A stretch of DNA of 64,000 bases. It comes from Acidobacteriota bacterium (lineage in GTDB: Bacteria > Acidobacteriota > UBA6911). The notes beneath the pieces were generated by a model. That model saw only the letters and a list, made by a program, of their open reading frames with translations. It was not told the origin of the DNA and made no database searches. The position numbers were made by a program, and so were the translations under genes. Location of the stretch: assembly GCA_963664705.1 (NCBI GenBank), contig OY761556.1, positions 1,312,001 through 1,376,000 on the forward strand, written 5' to 3'. Positions 20,197 through 29,791 of the stretch are shown here, in pieces; position 1 is the first letter of the stretch; each line of letters starts with the position of its first letter.

Positions 20197-20273
20197 GCAC
20201 CCGTAGCTCAGTTGGATAGAGCGTCGGACTTCGAATCCGCAGGCCGCCCGTTCGAGTCGGGCCGGGTGCGCCA
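20197..20273 (+). tRNA. tRNA-Arg(TCG), integration target
   Basis: GCACCCG/CGGGTGC acceptor stem, CTTCGAA anticodon loop, TTCGAGT T-loop, CCA end. Confidence 0.93.
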
Positions 20274-20341
20274 GCTTACTTATTGCCGCTGTTGCACTTA
20301 TCTGCCTGCTTCATTGGATCCTCCGTCCCGCCTTTTATTGC

Positions 20342-20361
20342 TTGCAGGATAGTTGCAGGAA
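20342..20361 (+). promoter_or_regulatory. Putative integrase arm-type site (TTGCAGGA x2)
   Basis: TTGCAGGATAGTTGCAGGAA; counterpart at 39049-39068. Confidence 0.6.
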
Positions 20362-20373
20362 TTCGGGTCTTAC

Positions 20374-21498
20374 TTATGCGGTTTGGGACTGCTCCGTTTC
20401 ATTTTGTTCTTTCGGCTGGAGTGCTGCTTCCAGGGCAGCCATAGCAGCCTTTTTGTGAGCCGGGGCAAGATGCGAATAACGCAAAGTCATATCAATCGAT
20501 TTGTGACGCATGATCTCTTTTACGGACACGAGGTCAATTCCAGCCATAACCAAGTGCGATGCGCAGGTGTGTCGAAGTATGTGGAATGTCACTCCCGCCA
20601 ACTTGGCATTCTCCACCGCTTTCTCGAACTGCCTCTTGAGGTCATAAAAGGGCTTGTCTGAGGTCTTTCCTGTAAATACGTATTTGGAATCCAGTCGACG
20701 GGGAATGGAACGTAATGTCTCCAGAGCTGTTGCAGTGAGTGGAATTGTAGACCTTTCTCCATTCTTCTGGTCGGATCCTGTTAGCTCGATGAATTTATCC
20801 CGAAGATTGACGTTATCCCATTTCAAATTGAGGATCTCCCCTCGTCTCATGCCAGTGTGAATGGCCAGAGTAACGACCTGCTTCATTGTTTGGGAAGGGC
20901 AGGCCTCAATAAGCTGTTTGCACTCTTCGGGTGTGAGGTAACGCAAACGACGGTTATTTTCTTTTTTCAGTTTTACTCCCTTAGCAGGACTTTGGCTTAT
21001 CCACTCCCACTCGGTGGCTTTTGTGAACATGTGCTTCAAAAGGGCCATCTCGCGATTGACAGTTGCAGGTTTCAGGACCTCGCCACTTTTTGTTGATAAG
21101 GACGAAAGCCGATCTGCCTGAAAGTTTTCCACCTTCGCTCGGGTTATGGTCGAGAGTTGAGTGTCTTTTTTAAAGATGTCTTCGATAACCTTTGCGCGTT
21201 GTTTCTTGCTCCGGACGTCCTTTTGCCCGATCTTCTCGCACCACTTTAAATATTCGGTCTTGAGGTCACCAAAGGTCTTTTTGCACTCCTTCTTTTTATC
21301 AAGGTATTTGCCTTCATCTATAAGCGATGTGATCTTGTGCAGATTGGCTTCTGCAGATTCGGGAGTCGCGTATGTTTCCCAGATCTTGTGTCCCTTGTAA
21401 GTTGTATCAATGATCCACCTTGTTTGAACCTTTCCATCCTTCTTATGTTTTTTTCCTGCCCGCTCTCTTATTCCTGGCGGCAACTTCTTCTTACTCAT
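20374..21498 (-). CDS. int: Tyrosine recombinase / site-specific integrase
   Basis: TGMRRGE, FHILRHT, MRHKSIDMTLRYSH (R-HxxR-H-Y). Confidence 0.95.
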   Translation of the reverse strand: MSKKKLPPGIRERAGKKHKKDGKVQTRWIIDTTYKGHKIWETYATPESAEANLHKITSLIDEGKYLDKKKECKKTFGDLKTEYLKWCEKIGQKDVRSKKQRAKVIEDIFKKDTQLSTITRAKVENFQADRLSSLSTKSGEVLKPATVNREMALLKHMFTKATEWEWISQSPAKGVKLKKENNRRLRYLTPEECKQLIEACPSQTMKQVVTLAIHTGMRRGEILNLKWDNVNLRDKFIELTGSDQKNGERSTIPLTATALETLRSIPRRLDSKYVFTGKTSDKPFYDLKRQFEKAVENAKLAGVTFHILRHTCASHLVMAGIDLVSVKEIMRHKSIDMTLRYSHLAPAHKKAAMAALEAALQPKEQNETEQSQTA

Positions 21499-21694
21499 GC
21501 TTTATTCCCCTTTCATTTAATGACTCAAGCAAGTGAATAAACTTTGCTGCCATCTGAGAGACCTCACGGCCACCGTTTTCCCAATAACACACCGATGAAC
21601 GATTGACCCCCAGTTGGCGAGCAAACTGACTTTGCGTCAAACCCAACTTCTTTCTAATTTTTTCAACTTGTTTGGCTGTCATGAGTGTTGTCAT
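21491..21694 (-). CDS. XRE/Cro-type HTH regulator overlapping the integrase start
   Basis: IRKKLGLTQSQFARQLGVNRSSVCYWENG. Confidence 0.85.
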   Translation of the reverse strand: MTTLMTAKQVEKIRKKLGLTQSQFARQLGVNRSSVCYWENGGREVSQMAAKFIHLLESLNERGIKHE

Positions 21695-21731
21695 AGACAA
21701 CACAATAAAACTTGCTGCGATTTATTGTCAA
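21685..21731 (-). promoter_or_regulatory. Sigma70-like promoter with overlapping palindromic operators
   Basis: TTGACA(21731-21726)-N18-TATTGT(21707-21702); palindromes GTGTTGTC-N3-GACAACAC and ACAATAAA-N11-TTTATTGT. Confidence 0.65.
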
Positions 21732-21868
21732 GCGGTTTTCGTTTGTGTGAAAATTTTTTCATCAATATTATTTCTGCCGTAATACGGCAGAAATGCAGCA
21801 GCCCAGGCGGAGGCTGATTAGCTTTTTCCCAAACTCAAGTTCATGGGCTTGACCCTGCATTCTCCAGG

Positions 21869-21975
21869 TGCGAAGGTTGCGAAGGGTAAAGAGGGGTCTC
21901 CAGTAAAGTATTTATAGTAATCTCTCGCGATAGATACTTTATAAAAACACCCTCTTGCCCTTCGCAACCTTCGCA
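21869..21975. other. Putative replication origin of the element
   Basis: Perfect 18-bp inverted repeat of paired TGCGAAGG iterons around an AT-rich core, just downstream of the primase. Confidence 0.65.
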
Positions 21976-21992
21976 GGCAACCACCTTCGGGA

Positions 21993-24566
21993 TCACTGCC
22001 CGACTTGAAGATCACGGACGAGGTGCAAATTTTGGTTCGCCGTGTACTCCTCAAGAACTATGTCTTGATGTCGGATTCGTATACCAAAATACACTGCTAG
22101 TCTCGACCGAGGGTGAAGTCCTCGCTCGATTCTAGGGCACGCAGCAACCATTCGACGGAATTGAGTTTTATTGGGTTCTCGATAGCCCCCCAGCCGACAA
22201 TATCCACAAAAGATCTGATACAGATCGTCTGGACGCAGCATTTCAGAACGGGGCGCTTTTTCCGTCCGCTCATCAAGGAACTGGCCGAAAATATCGTTTT
22301 CGTCTCGATACTCCTTGCCAGCTTTGATTACATCAGGAGGCGTGCCAAGCCCGCCGATCCGTTGCCATTCAAGGCAACCTTGTACCGCCCAATTGAGAAT
22401 GCCGGGTGCCTCTTCCTTGAGCTTCTCCAGAAGATTGGCATCAACATCCTCATCGGGAATGCGAACGTCAAAAGGTATTAGGCGGATCCGGTCCCAGATT
22501 GCTTCATCCGTGCCCCTAACGTCTGGTTTGTGATTGCAATCGAGAAAAATATGATGAGTAGGGGCAAATTCGGTATAGCCCTGATACAGCCCCCTCGCCT
22601 TAACAGTGTTTCCTCCAGTGAGCAGCTTGATAGTTGATTCGGCCAAAGCTTGCCCATCCTCGGTTTCCGAGGATGTAACAAACCGCAAGCCCCTCAAATC
22701 CGCGAACTCGGGCGTAGCATTCAGCCCGCCCCCGTTCTTTTGCGACATTAAAGCCCGGATTGGAATCTGACCGGCATAGTCGCCGAGTACAAAGCGGATT
22801 ATCTCCAGTAGAGTTGTCTTCCCATTCCGACCCCCGCCCTGGAGCACAAACAGCACACGCTCGCTTTGCTGCCCGGTAAGGCTGTATCCGATGGCTCTTT
22901 GCACGTAGGAGATAAGATCTTGTTTCCCTGCATAGATCTTGTTCAGAAAAGCATGAAACAACACGCTCTTTGCCTCCCGATCATACACCACAGGCGCAAG
23001 CTTTGTGATCATATCTGCCTGCCTCTGCGGGTAGCAATCGCCGGTCCTAAGATCGATCGTTCCATTTTCACAATTTAATAGCCAGTTGTTGGAATCAAAA
23101 TCTTCTGGCTGTGCTTCTATCTCTGGCTGACTTTCTCCAACCTTCATCATTGCCTTCAGACGTTGCTCCCCCAGAGATTTCAATCCATGTGCAGATTGGC
23201 TCCGCTGGAATGCAGGATCGGCGTTATTAAGCGCATCCTGATACACCCCCTTGGCGACATCCTGACACATGCGGGAAACCGCCTTCTCGGCCTTCGGCTC
23301 CCACCTCTTGCCGGTCCACGCGAGCCAGCCCCAGCCGGTAACATGGCGCACTTCCGCCCCGTGACGCTCAGCAAAAATACGAGCGTTACCCCAATCGGTG
23401 AGTTGTTCTTTCCCCCCAGCCTGGAGGGTTGACCTGTTGTTCAAGTTGATCGGCGATGTAATCCGCCTCCAGTTGGGGCACGCGGAGCAGTAAGGCTCCC
23501 CCCCATTCTGGCGGATATTCACACAGGTTCGCGGGCCGAAACTCCAAATGCGGTCAAGCTCCGCTTCTGTTTCCTTGCGGGTGTACCCCGGATAGGGCTT
23601 GCTCCACTCATGCGCTAATTCTCGCCCGCCCTCGCATCGGCCGACAATCTCAAGCATGATCTTCCATTCGGGGTTAGGAAGGATGGCTGCATCATCCCGG
23701 TAGTGTCGGACACACGCGCACCCCTCAAGTATTGGTTCAATCCGATCAGGAGGACGATTGAATTGGGCGTTTGCATCCCCACCGGATCCCCGTTCCGCCC
23801 GATGCCCCCCCACCGTTTCCGGCGAATTACCCTCCAGGAGAAAGGGCTCAAAGCCGCTCGGGTTGTACCGACACTCAGGATGCCATTCGATAAGCTCCAC
23901 GGGTCTCGGTTGTTCAAGCTTCCGGTTAAACGTTCTCGGCAAACGAAGAACCCTGGCAAGATCTGGGGTACTGTCAATCTCCCATCCAAATGTTGAAGCT
24001 TGAGCTTGAAGGGTAGACTGGAATCTTGACGATAACTTGGCGGCTTCCCGCCATTCATCCTTGCCTTCAAAAATCCACGGTTCTCGAAATAAATAATAGG
24101 CGTGTATGCCGCCACCGGACGAGATAAGGATCGTAGGCTTCAGCGGCAGGGCTTCCAGTATTCTGCGGGCATCTTGCATAGTTGGAGGCAAATTCTCCTT
24201 TGTGTGTCCCGGACCCTTTACGTCAATCTCAATCCAGAGTCCAGGGATTGCTGATACCTTCTCGGCCCCCGCCCTCCCCGTCTGGGGGTGCAGGCCCAGA
24301 CCGAAGTACACATCATGCGTTTGGCTTAATCGCTCCGCTTCCTTCCCGGCTTGCTCCCAGTCCGAAACAGCGAACGTTTTGCCTCGCCAGTCTCGCTCGG
24401 TGCAGATTGCAATGTACCCATGCAAGTCCTCATCGCCGAATAAACAGCGAAGAAACTCACCAGGGGTGTGGGGTGTTGCCGAAGAACCGGCTCCCCCTAC
24501 AGCAGGAGGAGCCGATATTTCAGGAACAGTTTCTACTTCGTCAACTTCGCAAATATTGAAGGCCAT
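21993..24566 (-). CDS. Phage/plasmid primase-helicase, P4 family (primase + Cys-rich domain + D5-like SF3 helicase)
   Basis: WIEID, SGGGIHAY, RVLRLP; CxC...C...CxxC; LTDWGNA; GGGRNGKTT; IWDRIRLIPF. Confidence 0.9.
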   Translation of the reverse strand: MAFNICEVDEVETVPEISAPPAVGGAGSSATPHTPGEFLRCLFGDEDLHGYIAICTERDWRGKTFAVSDWEQAGKEAERLSQTHDVYFGLGLHPQTGRAGAEKVSAIPGLWIEIDVKGPGHTKENLPPTMQDARRILEALPLKPTILISSGGGIHAYYLFREPWIFEGKDEWREAAKLSSRFQSTLQAQASTFGWEIDSTPDLARVLRLPRTFNRKLEQPRPVELIEWHPECRYNPSGFEPFLLEGNSPETVGGHRAERGSGGDANAQFNRPPDRIEPILEGCACVRHYRDDAAILPNPEWKIMLEIVGRCEGGRELAHEWSKPYPGYTRKETEAELDRIWSFGPRTCVNIRQNGGEPYCSACPNWRRITSPINLNNRSTLQAGGKEQLTDWGNARIFAERHGAEVRHVTGWGWLAWTGKRWEPKAEKAVSRMCQDVAKGVYQDALNNADPAFQRSQSAHGLKSLGEQRLKAMMKVGESQPEIEAQPEDFDSNNWLLNCENGTIDLRTGDCYPQRQADMITKLAPVVYDREAKSVLFHAFLNKIYAGKQDLISYVQRAIGYSLTGQQSERVLFVLQGGGRNGKTTLLEIIRFVLGDYAGQIPIRALMSQKNGGGLNATPEFADLRGLRFVTSSETEDGQALAESTIKLLTGGNTVKARGLYQGYTEFAPTHHIFLDCNHKPDVRGTDEAIWDRIRLIPFDVRIPDEDVDANLLEKLKEEAPGILNWAVQGCLEWQRIGGLGTPPDVIKAGKEYRDENDIFGQFLDERTEKAPRSEMLRPDDLYQIFCGYCRLGGYREPNKTQFRRMVAACPRIERGLHPRSRLAVYFGIRIRHQDIVLEEYTANQNLHLVRDLQVGQ

Positions 24567-25181
24567 CTATGCTACCCCCTGACTGAGTCTCTCGATCTCC
24601 TGACTGAGTACCTCATAGGCTCGATGGAATGTTATGGAATCCGCAAGGCGGTGACGCCTGTTCCTGATCTGATAGAAATCTTGCTCCACAATTGCCCTTT
24701 GTACTTCCGTCGCTGTGACGGCCCTTGCAGCCGATATCAACCACCCTCTTGTTTCGCTCCAATCTGGGACTTTATTGGGTTCCACGTAGAGGCCGGAAAT
24801 AAATCTCTGTGCAAAATCGATTTGATCTGTCGGCAGTTGATCCTTGAATTCCACATATCCCGTTCTTGGATCTTCGATGAAGAGCACATAATTCGAATAT
24901 CCGGTAATAGGATCCTGTGTGACCAATAGGTCGGTGATATCAAGGCCGAGGGCAGTGCCAGCTCGTTTTAGCCCCCAAGCGGGCTCCGAAACAAACTCCC
25001 TGCATTTCTGGAGTTCAGGGCCTGGCACCCCCAAATTGACCAGCTCCGGGTACTTTGTTCGCCACCGGGCTAGACCCTCATCCGACATATGGTAGATGAG
25101 GCGTTTCTTCACTGGCTTGGTGGCTGCGATTGAATCCGGCTGGCTGGATTCACCTTGACTCGGATGATTCTGCTCGATCAT
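24567..25181 (-). CDS. Hypothetical protein of the element
   Basis: ORF abutting the primase start; MIEQNH start follows a GAGG RBS. Confidence 0.65.
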   Translation of the reverse strand: MIEQNHPSQGESSQPDSIAATKPVKKRLIYHMSDEGLARWRTKYPELVNLGVPGPELQKCREFVSEPAWGLKRAGTALGLDITDLLVTQDPITGYSNYVLFIEDPRTGYVEFKDQLPTDQIDFAQRFISGLYVEPNKVPDWSETRGWLISAARAVTATEVQRAIVEQDFYQIRNRRHRLADSITFHRAYEVLSQEIERLSQGVA

Positions 25182-25211
25182 AATGTTATCCTCGATAAGT
25201 TGATTGACATT

Positions 25212-25255
25212 GGCCCGGGTCGCTTTACCAGAGCGAGATCGGGCCGTTTCTTTTT
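25212..25255 (+). terminator. GC-rich hairpin with T-tract, antisense to the element's operon
   Basis: GGCCCG..TCGCT..AGCGA..CGGGCC followed by GTTTCTTTTT. Confidence 0.45.
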
Positions 25256-25281
25256 GCTGAGACATTCCCAGACTGTCCGCA

Positions 25282-25500
25282 CTATGCAACCCTGACATTA
25301 CTAACCTCCATGCCCCGTAACCATGCCTCAAACGATTCGGGCCGCACTCTGAAAGTGCGCCTCTCCGCTCCCTCGCAGATAAGCAGGGTGCCGGGTATCT
25401 GGCCCGTAACTAGCATTTCCCAAACTTTGGAGCGAGATATACTTAAGCGACGAACTATGTCGGAAGGCTTCAAAAACTGTTGTTGCTCAGTCATACACAC
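25282..25500 (-). CDS. Excisionase/AlpA-like HTH protein
   Basis: FLKPSDIVRRLSISRSKVWEMLVTGQIP...RVRPESFEAWL. Confidence 0.8.
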   Translation of the reverse strand: MCMTEQQQFLKPSDIVRRLSISRSKVWEMLVTGQIPGTLLICEGAERRTFRVRPESFEAWLRGMEVSNVRVA

Positions 25501-25575
25501 AATTCTCCTTCTCTGCCCATGGGTTTAAGCGAGCGGCAACAGGGCAGATAATGCCTGCTCGCATGAACTCAATTC

Positions 25576-26172
25576 CTAAGATTGTGCGGATTCTCCAGGT
25601 AGACCATCTCCAGCGGGCAAAGAGAGCTTTGCAGGCGTTATATCAATGATCCGGTTTCGTTCATCAAGCCGCCTCTGATCCCGGGCTGTAAGGGTGATCT
25701 CAATCTTTGTGTTTGCCGGGAGTACAAATGCAGGCTGCTGAGTGCTCTGCGTGAAATCAGCCCCTTGCCCGATCTGTCCGGTGAGCCTCGCAACAAATTC
25801 GAGATTGGACCTGATTTCTTTCACGGCTCCAAGACATACCTTGAGGTTCTGGGCTTTCTCGGCCCGCTCCAAGACGCGCAGAGTCCTTTGTGTGAGGTTC
25901 TCCAGCCTTTCAAGCAGTGCGGTCCCGCGCTCAATTTCTGCCTGCTCTCGTTGTTTGGCTATCCCTGCCTTAGCGGCTTTCTCAAGGGAAGTTGAAACGT
26001 GATTTTTAAAATGCGCATGTACCACCGATTTGCTCAAACCATACCGTCCTGCTATGACCCGGACAGACGTCCCGCTTGCTAATAGTAGGTCGATATTTTC
26101 GTGCTCAATATGGGTACATGCTCCGCATGGTCTTGGCAAATCTGTCCTCCCAAAATGAAATTTCCAGGCCAC
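25576..26172 (-). CDS. CxxCxH + HTH protein (terminase-small-subunit-like architecture)
   Basis: PCGACTH followed by an HTH (VRVIAGRYGLSKSVVHAH) and a coiled region. Confidence 0.65.
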   Translation of the reverse strand: MAWKFHFGRTDLPRPCGACTHIEHENIDLLLASGTSVRVIAGRYGLSKSVVHAHFKNHVSTSLEKAAKAGIAKQREQAEIERGTALLERLENLTQRTLRVLERAEKAQNLKVCLGAVKEIRSNLEFVARLTGQIGQGADFTQSTQQPAFVLPANTKIEITLTARDQRRLDERNRIIDITPAKLSLPAGDGLPGESAQS

Positions 26173-26504
26173 TCAGGCACTTATCTTTTAAGCCCCCCCT
26201 GGAGGTATCTCGCTTTCAAATTTCACAAGTAACAAACTTCATTATTTCATGGGTTCCAGACAAAGGGTGGACACCGAACCAAAGCTGAACAGGCATGCTT
26301 TACTAAATCGAAGAACCAACATGAACTCGGCATCCGTCATAACTCTCCTCTTCATACTTAGCCCCCTCGCGTTGGTTTTTGTCGGGGTGCTGTCGCCTAA
26401 ATATTTGCAGGGAAAGTGGATGCAATTATCGCAAAGGTCTCTTCGAGAATTAATGTGAGGGGTGGGGATGCTGTATTGGATTGAAGGGTGAAGCAGTTAA
26501 ATAA

Positions 26505-27029
26505 TTATTCCTTGATCTTTTGCCATTTTTCGCCGGTATCCGTGCTGGCGGATTTCCTTGCTACTCTATGCTTTTCTTTTCTCTGCATATGGGCTGAACG
26601 GTCAATGCGGTCCTTTGCTCTTTTTAGATGTTCAATAACGGTGGTCCTGTGAACTCCCAATTTTCTTGCGATATCAGAGGGGCTCAAACGGTATTCCCAG
26701 CTGAGTGAGGCACATTCTTGCTGCTTCTCTGTAAGCTTTGCGTCGGCAAACATGTTGGAAAGGTCGTGGATTTTAATCAGCCTTTTCTTCAAACTACCCT
26801 TAGGAATCCCCCCTGTGGTGGCCTCCTTTTTTGAAGCATCGCGGAGAATTGCCCTGTACTTCTCCGCGTCAGCCTTGTCTCTCTGCCTTTCAATCTGTTC
26901 CGGGTGAACACCTTGCTGTCTCAGTATGTGTTCGCTTATGGCTTTCACCAATTCGTCCCTTGCATGTTCCTGCTCTGAACGATTGGCCTCTTTCTTCGAG
27001 TTATTCATAAGTCCAACCTGACAATTCAT
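26505..27029 (-). CDS. Sigma70 region-4-like HTH protein
   Basis: LTEKQQEC...SPSDIARKLGVHRTTVIEHLKRA. Confidence 0.7.
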   Translation of the reverse strand: MNCQVGLMNNSKKEANRSEQEHARDELVKAISEHILRQQGVHPEQIERQRDKADAEKYRAILRDASKKEATTGGIPKGSLKKRLIKIHDLSNMFADAKLTEKQQECASLSWEYRLSPSDIARKLGVHRTTVIEHLKRAKDRIDRSAHMQRKEKHRVARKSASTDTGEKWQKIKE

Positions 27030-27337
27030 CCTGAGAATTAGTTGCTGACCGGGTACGCTGCATAGCCTATCAAATTAACCATGTCGAACACACTATTTCA
27101 TTACCGATCGAGCATATTTTTTCATCCAAAAGGCAGCAGGATGTTGTGTGATTTGTTCAGTGGTGCCCCCTTAAAATACAGTTCGATACTGGCCCAGAAG
27201 AAACCAATTTGCCCCTTATAGTTAAAGTTATTAGGAATGGGATTTTTCTTAATAGCAGCACGCCAAAAATGAGCTACAATCGCCGAAACCTAAACAAAGC
27301 TCGCGTTATTGCGGGAAGTGATAGCTCGGAATAGATC

Positions 27338-29788
27338 ATGAACAAAAAGGCACTGAGCGAGCGTGACATCTGCACAAAATTTATTACCCCGGCCATCAGG
27401 AAATCGGGCTGGGATGAGATGTCTCAGATCCGCGAAGAGGTAAGCTTCACAAAAGGCCGCATCATAGTCCGTGGCAAATTGGTCAGCCGGGGAAAGCCAA
27501 AACGTGCAGATTACATCTTGTACTACAAACCCAACATCCCCATTGCTGTGGTGGAGGCAAAAGACAACAATCACAGCGTCGGTGACGGCATTCAGCAGGC
27601 GCTCGATTATGCTACCACCCTAGATGTCCCGTTTGTCTTTTCGTCCAACGGTGATGGCTTTGTATTTCACGATCGCACCGGCACCTTTCCACAAAAAGAG
27701 ACAAACCTAACCCTGGATAAATTCCCATCACCAGAAGAACTCTGGACTCACTATTGCCAATGGAAAGGTCTATCTGCGGAGGCTGAAAAAATCGTCAGTC
27801 AGGAATACTACGATGACGGGAGCGGCAAAGCTCCACGCTATTACCAATGCAATGCCATCAATGCAACAACCGAAGCCATCGTGAAAGGACAAGACCGGAT
27901 TCTTTTGGTAATGGCCACGGGCACCGGCAAAACATATACGGCTTTCCAGATAATTTGGCGGCTATGGAAGGCTGGTATCAAAAAACGCATTTTGTTCCTG
28001 GCCGATCGCAATGTGCTGGTAGATCAAACCATGGTCAACGACTTCAGACCCTTTGGCTCTGCCATGGCAAAGCTCAGCACCGGGACTAAAACAATTGGGC
28101 GGGAGGATGGAACTGAAGTCACACTGACAACGGCTCTAGATAAAAAGCGCCGTATAGACACAGCCTTTGAAATCTACTTGGGACTGTATCAGGCTATTAC
28201 AGGCCCAGAAGAGCGCCAGAAGCTTTATAAGGAATTCTCCCCTGGCTTCTTTGACCTGATCGTTGTGGACGAGTGCCACCGTGGCAGTGCAGCTGAAGAT
28301 GCAGCTTGGCATGAGATCTTGACTCATTTCTCCAGCGCCACTCAAATCGGTCTAACCGCCACGCCCAAAGAGACCAAATACATTTCAAATATCAACTACT
28401 TCAACAAACCCGTTTATTCGTACTCTCTAAAGCAAGGCATTCAAGATGGTTTCCTTGCGCCGTACAAAGTGATTAAGGTCCATATCGATCGAGACATTGA
28501 AGGGTATCGGCCCGAGAAGGGGCAGCTTGATCGAGACGGTTACGAGGTTGAGGACCGGATTTATAACCAGAAGGATTTTGACCGCAATTTGGTCATTGAT
28601 GACCGTACAAAGCTCGTAGCCAAAAAAGTCACAGAATTCCTGAAGGAGAGCGGAGACCGTTTTCAAAAGGCCATATTTTTCTGTGTTGATACGGAACACG
28701 CTGCAAGAATGCGGCAAGCTCTGGTCAATGAGAACTCTGATCTTGTACAGCAGAATTCCAGATACGTGATGCGGATAACGGGGAATGATCCTGATGGATT
28801 GGACGAGATTGGCAACTTCATCGATCCTGAAGCACCGTATCCCGTTCTAGTAACAACTTCTCGCCTACTTTCTACCGGGGTGGATGTACAGACCTGTCGC
28901 CTGATTGTGCTAGATCGGGAAATAGGCTCCATGACCGAGTTCAAACAGATTGTCGGTCGTGGGACGCGCGTCCATGAGGACACAAAGAAGTTTTACTTCA
29001 CTTTGATTGATTTTCGGGGCGCTACCAATCTGTTCGCCGATCCCGAATTCGATGGCGAGCCGGTCCAAATCTACAATCCTGGCAAGGGTGATCCTATTAA
29101 GCCGCCCGATGACGAGCCGCCACCAGAAGGGCAAAAGCCTCCTTACGATTCAGAAGAAGAAGTCATTGTAGATGGCCCCCCACCGGATATAGGGATCGGA
29201 TCTGACGATGGGCAGGAAAGCCGAAAAAAGGTCTACGTTGACGGTATCGGCGCAACGATTGTTGCTGAGCGCATCGAGTACCTTGATGAAAATGGAAAGC
29301 TTGTTACCGAGAGCCTGCGGGATTTTACGAAAAGGGCTTTACGAAAACACTTTGCCAGCCTGAATGAATTTCTAAATCGCTGGAGTGAAACAGATCGCAA
29401 ACAGGCAATCCTTGACGAGCTTGGTGAGGAAGGTTTGCCTCTCCAGCCGCTAACAGAAGAGTTCGGAGATAAGTTCGACCCATTTGATTTGATTTGCCAC
29501 GTGGCTTTTGGCAAGCCGCCTCTCACCCGGCGAGAAAGGGCTGAGAACGTGCGAAAACGAGACGTGTTCACAAAATACGGACCGCAGGCTCGGGCCGTGT
29601 TGGATGCACTCTTGGCAAAGTACCAGGATGAAGGAGTGTTGAACCTGGACGATCCACGCTTGCTCCAAGTCCCTCCCTTTAGTTCAATGGGAACACCAAT
29701 TCAGCTAATAAAACAATTCGGTACCCGCAGCAATTATGAAAACGCAGTCCACGAACTCCAGACCGCGCTTTACCAGGAGGTCGCTTGA
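27338..29788 (+). CDS. hsdR: Type I restriction subunit R (EcoAI/EcoEI-like)
   Basis: AD..VVEAK nuclease motif, MATGTGKT, DECHRG, TATP, QIVGRGTR. Confidence 0.95.
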   Translation: MNKKALSERDICTKFITPAIRKSGWDEMSQIREEVSFTKGRIIVRGKLVSRGKPKRADYILYYKPNIPIAVVEAKDNNHSVGDGIQQALDYATTLDVPFVFSSNGDGFVFHDRTGTFPQKETNLTLDKFPSPEELWTHYCQWKGLSAEAEKIVSQEYYDDGSGKAPRYYQCNAINATTEAIVKGQDRILLVMATGTGKTYTAFQIIWRLWKAGIKKRILFLADRNVLVDQTMVNDFRPFGSAMAKLSTGTKTIGREDGTEVTLTTALDKKRRIDTAFEIYLGLYQAITGPEERQKLYKEFSPGFFDLIVVDECHRGSAAEDAAWHEILTHFSSATQIGLTATPKETKYISNINYFNKPVYSYSLKQGIQDGFLAPYKVIKVHIDRDIEGYRPEKGQLDRDGYEVEDRIYNQKDFDRNLVIDDRTKLVAKKVTEFLKESGDRFQKAIFFCVDTEHAARMRQALVNENSDLVQQNSRYVMRITGNDPDGLDEIGNFIDPEAPYPVLVTTSRLLSTGVDVQTCRLIVLDREIGSMTEFKQIVGRGTRVHEDTKKFYFTLIDFRGATNLFADPEFDGEPVQIYNPGKGDPIKPPDDEPPPEGQKPPYDSEEEVIVDGPPPDIGIGSDDGQESRKKVYVDGIGATIVAERIEYLDENGKLVTESLRDFTKRALRKHFASLNEFLNRWSETDRKQAILDELGEEGLPLQPLTEEFGDKFDPFDLICHVAFGKPPLTRRERAENVRKRDVFTKYGPQARAVLDALLAKYQDEGVLNLDDPRLLQVPPFSSMGTPIQLIKQFGTRSNYENAVHELQTALYQEVA

Positions 29789-29791
29789 TTT

